From an uncultured Candidatus Rokubacteria bacterium (GTDB lineage: Bacteria; Methylomirabilota; Methylomirabilia; Rokubacteriales; CSP1-6), in contig CAWBMV010000012.1 in NCBI GenBank assembly GCA_963789955.1, positions 224,001 through 288,000 on the forward strand: a stretch of 64,000 nucleotides of DNA. The letters run 5' to 3'. Of the stretch, positions 31,526 to 43,206 are shown piece after piece (the stretch's first letter is position 1; each line of letters opens with the position of its first letter). A program made the translations under genes and the position numbers. Below the pieces are notes generated by a model. It was given only the letters and a program-made list of their open reading frames with translations. It was not told where the DNA came from and did no database searches.

Positions 31526-34307
31526 CTAGCGGTCGAGATCGTGGGTCGCGGTGGCGAGCGGAGGGGCTTCGGCCGCGAGCACGTGCCCCGAGGGCGGCGC
31601 GGTGCGCATCGGCAGCACCATTCGTAGCAGGACCGGCAGGACGACGAGCGCGGCGATCAGGCTCGTGGCCGTGCCCAGGGTGAGGAGCAGGCCGAGGCCG
31701 AAGATGCCGCGGTGATCGGCGATCATCAAGCTGCCGAAGCCGACGATCGTCGTGAGCCCGTTGACCAGCACGGCCATCATCGTGGAGCGCGCGATCAGCG
31801 GACCGCCGTGATCGCGACCCTCCATGAAGCGCAGGACGATGTTCAGGCCGTACTCCGCCGCGGCACCGAGGATGAGCGGAAGCCCGAAGACGTTGCCCAT
31901 GTTGAACTTGAGCCCGAAGAAGTACATGAGACCGAACGCCCACATCAAGCCGAGCCCGAGCGGCAGCAGCGCCAGCACCGTCTCGCGCGTCCGGCGTAAC
32001 ACCAGCGCGGTGACCAAGGTCACGAGCAAGATCGCGTAGACCGTGCCCTGCTGGTAGGCGCGCTCCATCAGGCCGAGGGCCTCGTAGGTGATGATCGGGG
32101 TGCCGGTCACGTCGGGATCCACCGAGCGGAGGTCGGCGACGAAGCGCGCCGCGCCTGCGCGATCCCAGATGTCGACGCCGGGATGGATCTGCAGGAGAAA
32201 CCGGCCGCCTGTCGCTGATGAACTTCGCGCGAAGCTCCTTGGGCACGTCGGCGAGCCCGATCGGCTTGGGCGACAGGTTGTCCTGAAGGCGCTGGAAGCT
32301 CCGGACGAAGTCCCGGTAGATCTGATTCTGCAGATGGGTCAACGCGGGCCCGCTCACCTGGGGATCGCTCTGGCGGATCTTCAGGATGAGCCGGCCGAGG
32401 TCTTCGGCGACGAGCTTGAGCTTCGGCCGGACGTCGCCTTCGGGCGCTTCGTTGCCCGCGATGTCGAAGCGGCGCTTGAGCGTTTCGAGCGCGCCGGCGA
32501 GCTTCGCCGGGTCGACCGAGGTCGCGCGGCCGATCCGGACCGGCGCGACCAGCGGCGCAAAGTCGCCGATGATCTTGAGCTTCTCGGGCTGGTCCTCGGG
32601 AATGAGGAGCAGCACCGAGTCGACTTCGGAGACGCTCGGCAGGGCATGGAACGCCTTGTACTTCTGGCGAAGCTCGTCGAGCGTGTCCGCGCTCGCAAGC
32701 GCGGTGAAGCCGGAGCGTCCGGCCGTCGCGAGAATGCGCTTCTCCCAGACGACGGACTCGGTGCCCACCGCCTGGAGATTGAGCAGGTTGTAGTCGAACT
32801 CGATATAGCGCAGGCCCCACGCCGAGACCGCCGTCAGGGCGGCCGCCATGACCAGCACGGTCTTCGGGTACGAGACCAGGCGCTCGACGAAGGGCACGTG
32901 CATGCGCTCGAGCGCGATCGCGCGCGGGATCGTCCCGGCCGGACGCCCGGCGTGCCGGCGGTCGAGAAGGACCAGCACCGCCGGGAACACGGTCATCGTC
33001 GCGAGCCACGCCAGGACGATCGCGGTGCCCGCGATGAAGCCGAGCTCGCGCACGCCGCGGAAATCGGTCAGCCACAGGACGTAGAAGGTACCGCCCGCGG
33101 TGACCGCGCCGAGCAGCATCCCCGGGCCGCTCCGGGTGGCGGTGATCTCGATCGCTTCCTTGAGGTTGCGTCCGAGGAAGAGCTCCTCTTCGTAGCGGAA
33201 TAGAAAGTAGATTCCGTAGTCGATCCCGATGCCGATCACGATCGAGATGAACATCACCGAGAAGAGCGAGAGGTGCCCGATCACGAGCGTGGCGATGCCG
33301 ATCGACCAGCAGAGGCTCAGGGCGAGCACCAGCAGCATCAGCACCGGCTTGCCGAAGCGGACGAACGCCGCGAGCAAGAGGCCCAGGGTCAGTGCGAAGG
33401 CCAGCAGGGTCGCGCGCTCGCTGTCGCGGAACGCGGCGACCATCTCGTCGTTCTGGAGGGCCGGCTTGCCGGTCACGCCGACCGCCACCTCGGGGAACTC
33501 GCGCTTGAGCGAGGCGATCACGCCGCGGATGCCCTCGATGGCGCGCTGGTCGCCCGTGAAGCTCCCGCGCTGGGTCTCGGGCTCGGCCAGGATGAAGAGC
33601 AGCTTCTGGTCTTCGGACAGGAAGTAGCCGGCGCCGGGATTGTCCGCGCCCGGGACCGCGAACAAGGTCCCGAAGGGCGACTGGTACGGCCCGGGACGCT
33701 CCAGCCGCGCCCCGATCAGCGCCACCAGGTCCTGGACGAACTTGAGGTCGGAGGCGCCCTTACCCTCGGCCAGGCCGAGGTCGATGAAGTTCGCCATGAA
33801 CGCGTTCGCGATCTGCGTGGCCATCCCCTCGGCCAGCTGGTCGAGCGTCGGGTGGGCCGCGAACGCTTCCATGAACTCCTGGTAGTCGAAGACCGCGTCG
33901 CGGATGTTGGCGAGCCGGTCCTTCGACAGGTAGAGCAGGCCGCGGCCCTCGAACTGCTTGGGATCGATCCGGTACGCGATCCGCTTCAGCGGGACGTTTT
34001 CCGCCCGCAGCTGACGGACCAGGCGGTTCGCGTAGAGGGTCGCCTCCGGCAGCGAGGGCGCGTCGACGACGATGGCGATGCTGTCGAGATCGCCGAACTC
34101 GCGCTCGTACTGCGTGTAGCGCTCGACGTAGGGCCGGCCCGGCGGCAGCAGGGCGCGCGTCGAGGTGGCGAACGTCAGCGAGGTGAGCGCGTAGACGACC
34201 GAGAGAGCCGCCAGGGCGACGGCAATGAGCACGGTCGTCACAGGCCGCGCGCAGGCGATCCGGACCAGCGCGCGGAGAGGACGACCGATCAGCCGAGCGA
34301 TCGGCAC
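31526..34307 (-). CDS. hpnN: MMPL/RND-family hopanoid transporter (frameshift near 32205)
   Basis: Two MMPL halves (GIGIDYGI; GAAAEYGL), located in the hopanoid locus. Confidence 0.8.
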
Positions 34308-35381
34308 CTACTCGTCGCCGGCGATGAACCGCTCCAGCCGCTGCCGAGCGGTGTCGTCGGCCCACTGCTCGGGCGGTGACTTCATCAGGTACGCCGACGG
34401 CGCGAACAGGGCGCCCTTGATACCGCGATCGAGAGCGAGCTTGCACGACCGAATGGCGTCGATGACGACACCGGCGGAGTTCGGCGAGTCCCAGACCTCC
34501 AGCTTCAGCTCGACGTTGATCGGCTGATCGCCGAAGCCACTGCCTTCGAGGCGGATGTGGGCCCACTTCCGGTCCGCGAGCCACGGCACGTAGTCGCTCG
34601 GACCGATGTGGACGGCGTCGGCCGGCAGCTCGTGTCCGAGCTGCGAACGGACCGAGTCGGTCTTCGAGATCTTCTTCGAGGTGAGCCGATCGCGCTCGAG
34701 CATGTTGTAGAAGTCGGTGTTGCCGCCGAAATTCAGCTGGCTGGTCCGGTCGAGCCGGACGCCCCGGTCGTTGTAGAGCTTCGTGAGCACGCGGTGGATG
34801 ATCGTCGCGCCCACCTGCGACTTCACGTCGTCACCGACGACCGGCAGGCCTCGCTCCTCGAACCGCCGGCGCCAGTACGCCTCGCGGGCGATGAACACGG
34901 GGATGCAGTTCACGAAGGCGCACCCGGCGTCGAGGATCTGCTCGACGTACCACTTGGTCGCCATCTCGCTCCCCACCGGCAGGAAGTTGACGACGACGTT
35001 GGTGTTGGTGTCGCGGAGGGTGCCGGCGATGTCGGCCGTCGGCCCTGGCGCCTTCTTGATCATCTGGGAGAGGTAGTGCCCGAGGCCGTCGTGCGTCATC
35101 CCGCGCTGGACCGGCACGCCGAGCGGCTTGACGTCCGCGAACTTCACGGTGTTGTTGGGCTCCTGGAAGATCGCTTCGCTGAGATCCCGCCCGACCTTGC
35201 GCTCGTCGATGTCGAAGGCCGCCGAAAACTCGATGTCGCCGACGTGATATCCCCCGAGCCGGGGGTGCATCAAGCCGGGAATGAATTTATCGTCGGGGGC
35301 GTTCCGGTAGTACTGCACACCCTGGACGAGGGCCGACGCGCAATTCCCAACACCGATGATGGCTACTCTGACGGCTCCCAC
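34308..35381 (-). CDS. ino1: myo-Inositol-3(1)-phosphate synthase
   Basis: [40 protein letters not shown]. Confidence 0.95.
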   Translation of the reverse strand: MGAVRVAIIGVGNCASALVQGVQYYRNAPDDKFIPGLMHPRLGGYHVGDIEFSAAFDIDERKVGRDLSEAIFQEPNNTVKFADVKPLGVPVQRGMTHDGLGHYLSQMIKKAPGPTADIAGTLRDTNTNVVVNFLPVGSEMATKWYVEQILDAGCAFVNCIPVFIAREAYWRRRFEERGLPVVGDDVKSQVGATIIHRVLTKLYNDRGVRLDRTSQLNFGGNTDFYNMLERDRLTSKKISKTDSVRSQLGHELPADAVHIGPSDYVPWLADRKWAHIRLEGSGFGDQPINVELKLEVWDSPNSAGVVIDAIRSCKLALDRGIKGALFAPSAYLMKSPPEQWADDTARQRLERFIAGDE

Positions 35382-35477
35382 GGAGTCCTCCTCAGATAGT
35401 GGTCAGTCGAGCGGGGCGTTAACGGCTAGAAGTCTAGCACGGGCTTGAAAATTTTCCGGCTAACGATCGTCAGCGGC

Positions 35478-36120
35478 TCACCGCAGCGAGGTCCTCTTCT
35501 GCTTTTCTTCGCCGATGAACTCGTCCTGCTTGGTCTTCATCTTCTTCATGAGCTCCTGGAAGGAGGAGGTCGTGATGATCTTGTTGAACTGGGTCCGGTA
35601 GTTGGAGATGAGGCTCACGCCCTCGATGACGACGTCGTAGACGAGCCACTTGTCGCCCCGCTTGAGCATGCGGTAGTCGATCGGGATCTCGGTGCCCTGC
35701 TTGGTGACGAGCTTGGTGCGCACGACCGCGCCTTCGCCCTCGATGGTCTCGCCGAGGAAGTGGATCTGCTCACCGCCGTAGAGCTCGATCTTCGAGATGT
35801 AGGAGCGCTCGAGGAGATCGGTGAAGAGCCCGACGAACTCGTCCTTTTCGGCCTGAGTCCGCGGACGTCCAGTGCCGCGCCAGCGACCGCTTGGCAGTCT
35901 CGGAGAAGTCGAAGATGTCGTTGGCGACCTGGCGAACCGCCTCGCGGCGATCACGCTGCCGGCCATCCTTCTTGAGCTCCGGATCTTCCAGGATCTTGAC
36001 CGCGCGGTCGATCTGCGTGCGGAGCTGGTCGGTCGGCGCGCCGGCCCAGGCCCGCTGGGGGCCGGCCAGCACGACGGGAAGCAACACGGCAAGCACGAGC
36101 GCTCGGGCGAGCCAAGTCAT
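35478..36120 (-). CDS. MlaC/Ttg2D (HpnM-like) lipid-binding protein (frameshift near 35865)
   Basis: FDFSETAKRSLARHW, IDYRM, VYDVVIEGVSLISNYRTQF. Confidence 0.9.
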
Positions 36121-36137
36121 CGGAGCGCCTCCTGCGC

Positions 36138-36578
36138 CTACACCTTGCCGAAGATATACTTGGACAGCAACTCCTCGAAATCGACCGGCGCTTCGACCTC
36201 GCGGATCTTGCCGTTCGGCCCGATGATCTTGTCCGAGCCCCCCGGGCTGATCCGGATGTACTTCTCGCCGATCAGCCCCTTCGTCTTGATCGACGCGATC
36301 GAGTCCTCCTGGAGCTTGATACCCGCCTGCACCCGCAGGGTGACCCGGGCCTGGTAGTCGGCCAGCCCGATCGACTGGACCCTCCCGATCTCGACGCCCG
36401 CGATCTCCACGGTCGAGCCCGTCTTGAGCCCGCCGACCGAGGGGAAATCGACGGTCACGGTATAGCCGCGGCCGGTCAGGAACGAGATCTGGCCGAGGCT
36501 GATCGAGAGATACCCGAGCGCCAGGATCCCCAGAATGACGAAGATTCCCACCGCGATGTTCACCCGCGTCCGCTCCAT
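36138..36578 (-). CDS. mlaD: MCE-domain protein MlaD
   Basis: GGLKTGSTVEIAGVEIGRV, IKTKGLIGEKYI.ISPGG. Confidence 0.92.
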   Translation of the reverse strand: MERTRVNIAVGIFVILGILALGYLSISLGQISFLTGRGYTVTVDFPSVGGLKTGSTVEIAGVEIGRVQSIGLADYQARVTLRVQAGIKLQEDSIASIKTKGLIGEKYIRISPGGSDKIIGPNGKIREVEAPVDFEELLSKYIFGKV

Positions 36579-37342
36579 CAGCGTTCCTCCGAGGCGCGTC
36601 TGTCTATAGAGTGTTGTCCGGCTCGCCCTTGATGAATCGCCGGACGATTGGATTCGTCGAGCTCTGGATCGCCGCCGGCGAGCCCGACCTCGACGATCCG
36701 GCCCTCGTGCAGCATGGCGACCGTGTCGGCGATCTCGAAGATCTCGGGAATCTCGTGGCTGACCACCACCGCCGTGAACCGAGCCCGCCGGTGGAGGTTC
36801 AGGATCAGGTGGTGGATCGTGTTGACCAGGACCGGGTCGAGCCCGGTCGTCGGCTCGTCGAAGAACACGATCTCGGGCTCGGTCACCAGCGCCCGCGCGA
36901 TGGCCACGCGCTTGCGCATGCCGCCGGAGATCTCGGCCGGATACTTGGCGCCCACGCCCTCGAGCCCGACCTGGCCGAGCGCCGCCTCGACGCGCTTGGT
37001 CAGCTCCTCTGGCGGCGTCCGCAACTTCTCCCGGAGAGGGAAGGCCACGTTGTCGTAGCACGTCATCGAATCGAACAGCGCGCCGCCCTGGAAGACGACG
37101 CCGTAGGTGCGGCGGATCTCGTCGAGCGCCCGCCCGCGCATCCGGCTGATGTCGACGCCGTCGACCAGGATCCGCCCGGCGTCGGGACGGATGAGCCCGA
37201 TGAGGTGCTTGAGAAAGACCGACTTGCCGCCGCCGCTCCGCCCGATGACGATCGTGATGGTGCCGGTCGCGACCTCGAGGGTGAGCTCGCGCAGCACCGC
37301 CTGGCGCCCGAAGGACTTCGTCAGCCCCTCGACCTTAATCAT
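36578..37342 (-). CDS. mlaF: ABC ATPase MlaF (possible frameshift near C-terminus)
   Basis: GRSGGGKS, FQGGALFDS, ISGGMRKRV, DEPTTGLDP. Confidence 0.92.
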   Translation of the reverse strand: MIKVEGLTKSFGRQAVLRELTLEVATGTITIVIGRSGGGKSVFLKHLIGLIRPDAGRILVDGVDISRMRGRALDEIRRTYGVVFQGGALFDSMTCYDNVAFPLREKLRTPPEELTKRVEAALGQVGLEGVGAKYPAEISGGMRKRVAIARALVTEPEIVFFDEPTTGLDPVLVNTIHHLILNLHRRARFTAVVVSHEIPEIFEIADTVAMLHEGRIVEVGLAGGDPELDESNRPAIHQGRAGQHSIDRRASEER

Positions 37343-37348
37343 CGGCCG

Positions 37349-38144
37349 TCATTGAAGGATCGAACCCATGAAGTAGTCCCACACGAGGATGAGCACCGAG
37401 GACATGACCACCGCCTGGGTCGTGGCCCGGGCGACGCCCTCGGCGCCGTGGCCGACGTTGAACCCCTTGTAGGTGCACACCCACGTCACGATGACCCCGA
37501 ACGAGAGCGACTTCCAGAAGCCCACCATGATGTCGCCGAGGTCGACGAACGTCTGCATCTCGCCGAAGTACGTGCCCTCCGAGAGGCCGAAGAGCTTCAC
37601 ACCGACCAGGTATCCGCCGAAGATCCCGACCACGTCGAAGAGCGCCGTCATCAAGGGGAAGGTGATCAGCCCCGCCAGGATCGAGGGTGCGACCAGATAC
37701 CGCATCGGGCTCAGCGCCATGACGGTGAAGGCGTCGATCTGCTCGGTGATCCGCATGATGCCGAGCTCGGCCGTGAGCGCCGAGCCCGCGCGGCCGGTGA
37801 CCATCAAGGCCGCCAGCACGGGCCCGAGCTCGCGGATGAGCGAGAGCGCGACGGCGGGCCCGAGGAATGCCTCCGAGCCGAATCGGACCAGGGTCAGGTA
37901 GATCTGCAGCCCGAGCACCATCCCGGTGAACGCGCCCGTCAGGAAGATGATCAGGAGCGAGCGGTAGCCGATGAAGTTGACGCGGTCGAGGAACGCCCGG
38001 AGCTTGAACGGCGGCGTGACGAGGACGCCGAGCGCTTCCGCCAAAGAACGTTCCGAATCGCCCGAGGGATTCGACGATCCCGATCGTCCAGCCGCCGACG
38101 GCCTCGAAGGGGCGCAGCGCCGGCGCGAGCGGCGGCTCAGGCAT
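37349..38144 (-). CDS. mlaE: ABC permease MlaE (frameshift near 38040)
   Basis: RELGPVL, GRAGSALTAELGIMRITEQIDA, GAEGVARATTQAVV. Confidence 0.92.
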
Positions 38145-40040
38145 GCGCGCGGCGATAGATTCCCAGCGCCCAGAGCGGGAAATACTGGGCGTACAGGTGG
38201 TACTTCAGGTAGAAGACCCGCGGGAAGCCCGTCCCGTTCCAGAGCGCGTCTTGCCACGAGCCGTCGTCGCGCTGCGTTCTCAAGCAGGTAGTTCACGCCG
38301 CGCTCGACGGCCGGGCCGCTCGTACGGCCGGCCGCGAAGAGGCCCAGGAGGGCCCACGCGGTCTGACTCGGAATCGACTCGCCCACGCCGGCGAACTCGT
38401 AGTCGTCGTAGCTCTCGCAGGTCTCGCCCCAGCCCCCGTCGCGATTCTGATGGCGCTCGAGCCAGCGGACCGCGCGCTGGATGTATTCGTGGCGCGGATC
38501 CACGCCGATGGCGGCGAGCCCGCGCAGCACCGACCACGTGCCGTAGATGTAGTTCACGCCCCACCGGCCGTACCACGGGCCGTCGTGTCGCTGAGCGTGG
38601 CGCAGGAAATCGATCGCGCGCTGGGCCGGCTCGAAGTCCTTCCGGTAGCCGAGGGTGCCGAGGAGCTCCAGCCCGCGCCCGGTCAGGTCCTCGGTGGACG
38701 GATCGAGCAGGGCACCGTGGTCCGCGAACGGGATGTGGTTCAGGTAGAGCCGATTGTTGTCGGCGTCGAACGAGCCCCAGCCGCCGTCGGCGCCCTGCAT
38801 TCCGAGGAACCAGCCGAGCCCGCGCTCTTTGGCGGTCCGCGCCTGGTCGGCGTCGAGCCCTTGCACCTTTTCGAGGGCCATCACGACCATCGCGGTGTCG
38901 TCGAGGTCCGGGTAGAAGTCGTTGTCGTACTGGAACGCCCAGCCGCCGGGCTGCACGTGCGGGCGCTTCACCTGCCAGTCGCCGGGCACGAAGATCTGCC
39001 GCGCGATCATCCAGTCGGAGGCGCGGCGTAGGGTCGGGTGATCGGGGGGAAGATCGCTCTCGACCAGCGCGTTGACGGCGAGCGCGGTGTCCCACACCGG
39101 CGAGGGGCAGGGCTGGTAGTGGAGCATGTCGCCGTTCTCGACGGCGAGCGCCTCGATCTCCTTGAGCTGCCCCAGCACGAGCGGGTGATCGTCGGGATAG
39201 CCGAGCAGCCGCATCGCCAGGATCGAGTTCGCCATCGCCGGATAGATGCCGCCGAGCCCGCCCGGCACGGCCAGACGCTCCTCGAGCCAGAGGCGCGCCG
39301 TCTCGATCGCGCGGCGGCGCAGGGGGCGCGGCGAGAAGCGCTCCCAGATCTTGAGGCCGTCGTCGACGGCGATGAAGAAGCTCTTCCAGAAGAGACCGCG
39401 CCAGCTGAAGGGCTCGGGGACGCGCGAGAACCGCAGGCTCGTCTCTTCACGCGGCACCGGCCACAGCTCGTCGAGCGAGAGATGGGGCGGCAGCCACTTC
39501 ACCGGCTTTCGATCCAGCAGCACCAGCAGCGGCACCAGGACCGTCCGCGACCAGTACGAGATCTCGTAGATGTTGAACAGGAAGAAGGGCCGCGGCAGCA
39601 GCATGATCTCGACCGGCATCGTCGGCACGCCGTTCCAGTCGTACTCGCCGAAGAGCGCCAACAAGATCTTCGTGAACACGTCGGCTTTCGCCGGACCACC
39701 CATCTCGCGGATCAGCGAGCGCGCCGCGACCATCGTGGGGTCGCTCAGCGCCACGCCGGCCATCTTCATCGCGAAGTAGGCCTTGATCGTCGAGGACAGG
39801 TTGGCCGGGCCGGCCTCGAAGAGGTTATAGCCGCCGTCAGGAAGCTGCTGGCTCTTCAGATAGAGGACCGCGCGCGTCTGATGGTCGCGGTTCACCTGGT
39901 CGATGAGGTGACACGAGGAGCAGCTGCTCGGATGTGATCGTCGTGTTGGCTTCGAGCTGACCGACCCAGTGACCGTCGGGAGCCTGTTGGCCGAGCAGGT
40001 GCGCCTGGGCGCGCTCGATCGCGTCCTGCAGGTCCCTCAC
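38137..40040 (-). CDS. shc: Squalene-hopene cyclase (frameshifts near 39910 and 38275)
   Basis: ISYWSR, YPDLDDTA (DXDD), QW-type repeats, WYGRWGVNYIYGT, GTGFPRVFYLKYHLY. Confidence 0.95.
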
Positions 40041-40084
40041 GGGCGTGATGGTAACATGCTGACTCGATTACGGAAACCTCTCGA

Positions 40085-40826
40085 ATGGACCTCCTGGTCG
40101 GTACCGTCACGCTTCGCCCGTACGTTTTTGCGTTCCTGATCGGGTTCGTAGTGGCCGGCGTAGTCGATCTCGGCTGGCGCCGCACGCTCGGGTTCACGGC
40201 ATCCGTCTGGCCGGTGGCCATGCTGGCCGAGCTCTCGTCCACGCGCACCGGGTTTCCCGTTCGGGTTCTACCAGTACACGGGCCTGACGCGCGGTCAGGA
40301 GCTCTTCATCGCCAATGTTCCCTTCATCGACTCGCTGTCGTTCGTCTTTCTCGCCTACGCCTCGTTCTGTCTGGCCCGGATCGCGCTCGCCGGGCGCGAC
40401 GCGCCGCGCTGGGCGATGGCCCTGACCGCTGGCGCGCTCATGATGGCGCTCGACATCGTCATCGATCCGCTCGCCGTGCGAGGGGATCGCTGGTTCCTCG
40501 GGCCGCTCTTCGCCTACGCCACGCCCGGTCCTTACTTCGGGGTGCCGATCTCGAACTTCGTGGGGTGGGTCATCGTGGGCGCGACGGGGGTTGGGCTGTT
40601 CCTGGCCCTGACCAAGAATGTTTCGGGACGACGAGTATGGCCCGGAGTCGCGTTATACTACGCCGTGCTTGGATTCAACCTCACCATGACGGTTCAGATC
40701 GGTGAGTTGCTGCTGGCGGTGATCGGTGCGACGATTCACCTCGTAGTCGCCTTGTCCGTCTGGTCCATTCACCGGAAGCCGGGCCTTCAAGTAAGCCCGC
40801 AGAGCCAAGGGATTCAGCGCCTATGA
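40085..40826 (+). CDS. CruF/DUF422-like membrane protein (carotenoid biosynthesis protein family; frameshift near 40258)
   Basis: AELSSTRTGFPFG.Y.YT, LDIVIDP, YFGVPISNFVGW. Confidence 0.75.
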
Positions 40827-41845
40827 GCTTGCCCGTTTCACAAATGTGGGCTGTGGCGTCCTATGTCCTTCGCCAGAAGCTCGCCGGCCGCAAACGCTAT
40901 CCGCTCGTGCTCATGCTCGAGCCCCTGTTCCGCTGCAACCTGGCGTGCGCCGGCTGCGGCAAGATCCAGTACCCGGCCCAGATCTTGAAGAAAAACCTGA
41001 CGGTCGAGCAGTGCCTCGCCGCGGTCGACGAGTGCGGCACGCCGGTCGTGTCGATCCCCGGCGGCGAGCCGCTCATGTACCCGGACATCGGGCCCCTGGT
41101 CAAGGCGCTGATCGCGCGCCGCAAGTACGTCTACCTCTGCACCAACGCCATCCTCCTGAAGGAGAAGCTCGAGGCGGGGATCTTCACGCCGTCGAAGTAC
41201 TTTTCCTTCAGCGTGCACCTCGACGGCCAGCGCGAGGAGCACGACGAGGCGGTGTGTCGCGACGGCGTCTACGTCCAGGCGGTGGAGGGGATCAAGGAAG
41301 CTCTGCGTCGCGGGTTCCGCGTCACCACCAACTCGACGCTCTTCGACGGGGCGAGCCCGCTGCGGATGCGCGAGTTCTTCGACGAGATGATGGACCTCGG
41401 CGTCGAGGGCATGATGATCTCGCCGGGCTATAGCTATTCGAAGGCGCCCGACCAGGAGCACTTCCTGCGTACCCAGCGCGCCCACGATCTCTTCTCGCGG
41501 ATGCTCTCGAACCCGAAGCGCCGGTGGCGGTTCAACCAGTCGCCGCTGTTCCTTCAGTTCCTGATGGGCAAGCAGGAATTCGAGTGCACGCCGTGGGGGA
41601 ACCCGACCTACAACGTCTTCGGCTGGCAGCGTCCCTGCTATCTCCTTCAGGAAGGCTACGCGGCCACGTTCAAGGAGCTGATCGAGACCACCCGCTGGGA
41701 GAACTACGGAAAGCGGAGCGGCAACGAAAAGTGCCGTGACTGCATGGTGCACTGCGGCTACGAGCCGACCGCCGTGAACCACACGTTCGGCTCGTTGCGC
41801 GGCTTCCGCGACACGGTCGCGGCCACCGTTACCGGCCGGTATTGA
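40823..41845 (+). CDS. hpnH: Adenosylhopane-forming radical SAM enzyme
   Basis: LMLEPLFRCNLACAGCGK, CTPWGNP, WQRPCYL, CMVHCGYE. Confidence 0.95.
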   Translation: MSLPVSQMWAVASYVLRQKLAGRKRYPLVLMLEPLFRCNLACAGCGKIQYPAQILKKNLTVEQCLAAVDECGTPVVSIPGGEPLMYPDIGPLVKALIARRKYVYLCTNAILLKEKLEAGIFTPSKYFSFSVHLDGQREEHDEAVCRDGVYVQAVEGIKEALRRGFRVTTNSTLFDGASPLRMREFFDEMMDLGVEGMMISPGYSYSKAPDQEHFLRTQRAHDLFSRMLSNPKRRWRFNQSPLFLQFLMGKQEFECTPWGNPTYNVFGWQRPCYLLQEGYAATFKELIETTRWENYGKRSGNEKCRDCMVHCGYEPTAVNHTFGSLRGFRDTVAATVTGRY

Positions 41846-41860
41846 GCACGGAGACGACCA

Positions 41861-42226
41861 ATGACGGACGTCACGCTCGAAGGCTGGATCCCCGAGATCG
41901 GGCCGGGTCTGTCGCTGCAAGAAGTGGTCGACAAGGCGTTCGACTATCGCGGCAACGTCACCGTGGTCCGGACCGACGGCTCCGAGACCGAAGGCTATCT
42001 GTTCAACCGCAACGCCGACGCGCCCGTGCCGTTCGTGCAGATGTTCGAGCTCAGCGGCGAGGGGCCGCGCACGATCGCGTATCGCGACATTCGCACGATC
42101 CGGTTCAGCGGCCGGGACACGGCGGCGGGCAACTCCTACGCGGCGTGGCTGCGCGCGAAGGAAGCGGCCAAATCCGGGGAACGTCCCGAGAAGGGCTCCG
42201 GCTCAGCGCCCGCCAGAGGCGTGTGA
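41861..42226 (+). CDS. Hypothetical protein
   Basis: 121-aa ORF coupled to hpnG; AFDYRGNVT and FSGRDTAAG look conserved. Confidence 0.65.
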   Translation: MTDVTLEGWIPEIGPGLSLQEVVDKAFDYRGNVTVVRTDGSETEGYLFNRNADAPVPFVQMFELSGEGPRTIAYRDIRTIRFSGRDTAAGNSYAAWLRAKEAAKSGERPEKGSGSAPARGV

Positions 42227-42901
42227 CCCGCGTTCTCGTAGTCACCGCCGTCGATCTCGAGGCGCGCGGTCTCGCTCGCCACCTGGGTCTCGCTCGTGTC
42301 TGCCGGCCGCGACTGGCCACACTACCGCGGAGGGGCGCTCGATCTGGTCTGCGCCGGTCCCCGCGCTACGTACCTCGAGGCGCGCTGCGCCGAAGTCGAG
42401 TCGGCTTCACTCGTGATCTCGGCCGGCGTGTGCGGCGCGCTCTCGCCGGATCTTGCCGAGGGCGATCTGGTCGTGCCCGAATCGGTGGTCGCCGCCACCC
42501 GGCGTCTGGCCACCGTCGCGCTACCCGAGTTGCGGCGCGCCGGGACGCTCGTGACCGTCGAGGAGATCGTGGCGACGCCCGAGCAGAAGGCGCGGCTCTG
42601 GGTCGAGACGGGCGCCCTCGCCTGCGACATGGAATCGGCCCCGATCCTCGAGTGGGCCGCCAAGCGCGGGCTTCGTGCCGCGGTCGTCCGCGGCGTGTCG
42701 GACCGCGCGAGCCGCGGCGTCTCGCCCGATCTGGCCGCCGTCGTGGAGCCCGACGGCCGAGTCCGGACCGCGCGTGCGGTCCGCGTGGTGCTGTCGCGCC
42801 CGCGCGCGATCCCCGAGGCCATGATGCTCATGACCGGCACGAACGCCGCCCTGAAATCCGTCGCCGCCGCCCTGGGCCGCGTCGCCCGCGCACGCGCATG
42901 A
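42223..42901 (+). CDS. hpnG: Hopanoid-associated nucleoside phosphorylase (frameshift near 42298)
   Basis: ISAGVCGAL, DMES, VRGVSD; adjacent to hpnH. Confidence 0.8.
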
Positions 42902-42918
42902 GATTCGGCCAATTCCGC

Positions 42919-43170
42919 AGAACCTCGAGCGCCAGATCGGGCGTGTCGGAGCCACGCCGCAGGACCTCCAGGGCCAGATCGGGCGTGTCGGAGCCACGCC
43001 GCACGACCTCCAGGGCCAGATCGGGCGTGTCGGAGCCACGCCGCACGACCTCCAGGGCCAGATCGGGCGTGTCGGAGCCACGCCGCACGACCTCCAGGGC
43101 CAGATCGGGCGTGTCGGAGCCACGCCGCAAGACCTCCAGGGCCAGATCGGGCGTGTCGGAGCCACGCCGC
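42919..43170. repeat. Tandem repeat, 42-bp unit, six copies, each with a GGCGTG/CACGCC hairpin
   Basis: GCCAGATCGGGCGTGTCGGAGCCACGCCGC at 42931, 42973, 43015, 43057, 43099, 43141. Confidence 0.97.
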
Positions 43171-43206
43171 ACCTATCTCAGGCCACCCTCGGTCCAAGCC
43201 GGTCTC

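Noticed and set aside
37349..39895. Squalene-hopene cyclase-MlaE fusion (848-aa ORF)
   Set aside because: The joining segment is out-of-frame text produced by indels near 38275 and 38040; both genes have their own stop and start
42919..43170. CRISPR array
   Set aside because: Intervening segments are only 12 bp and nearly identical; no cas genes in the window
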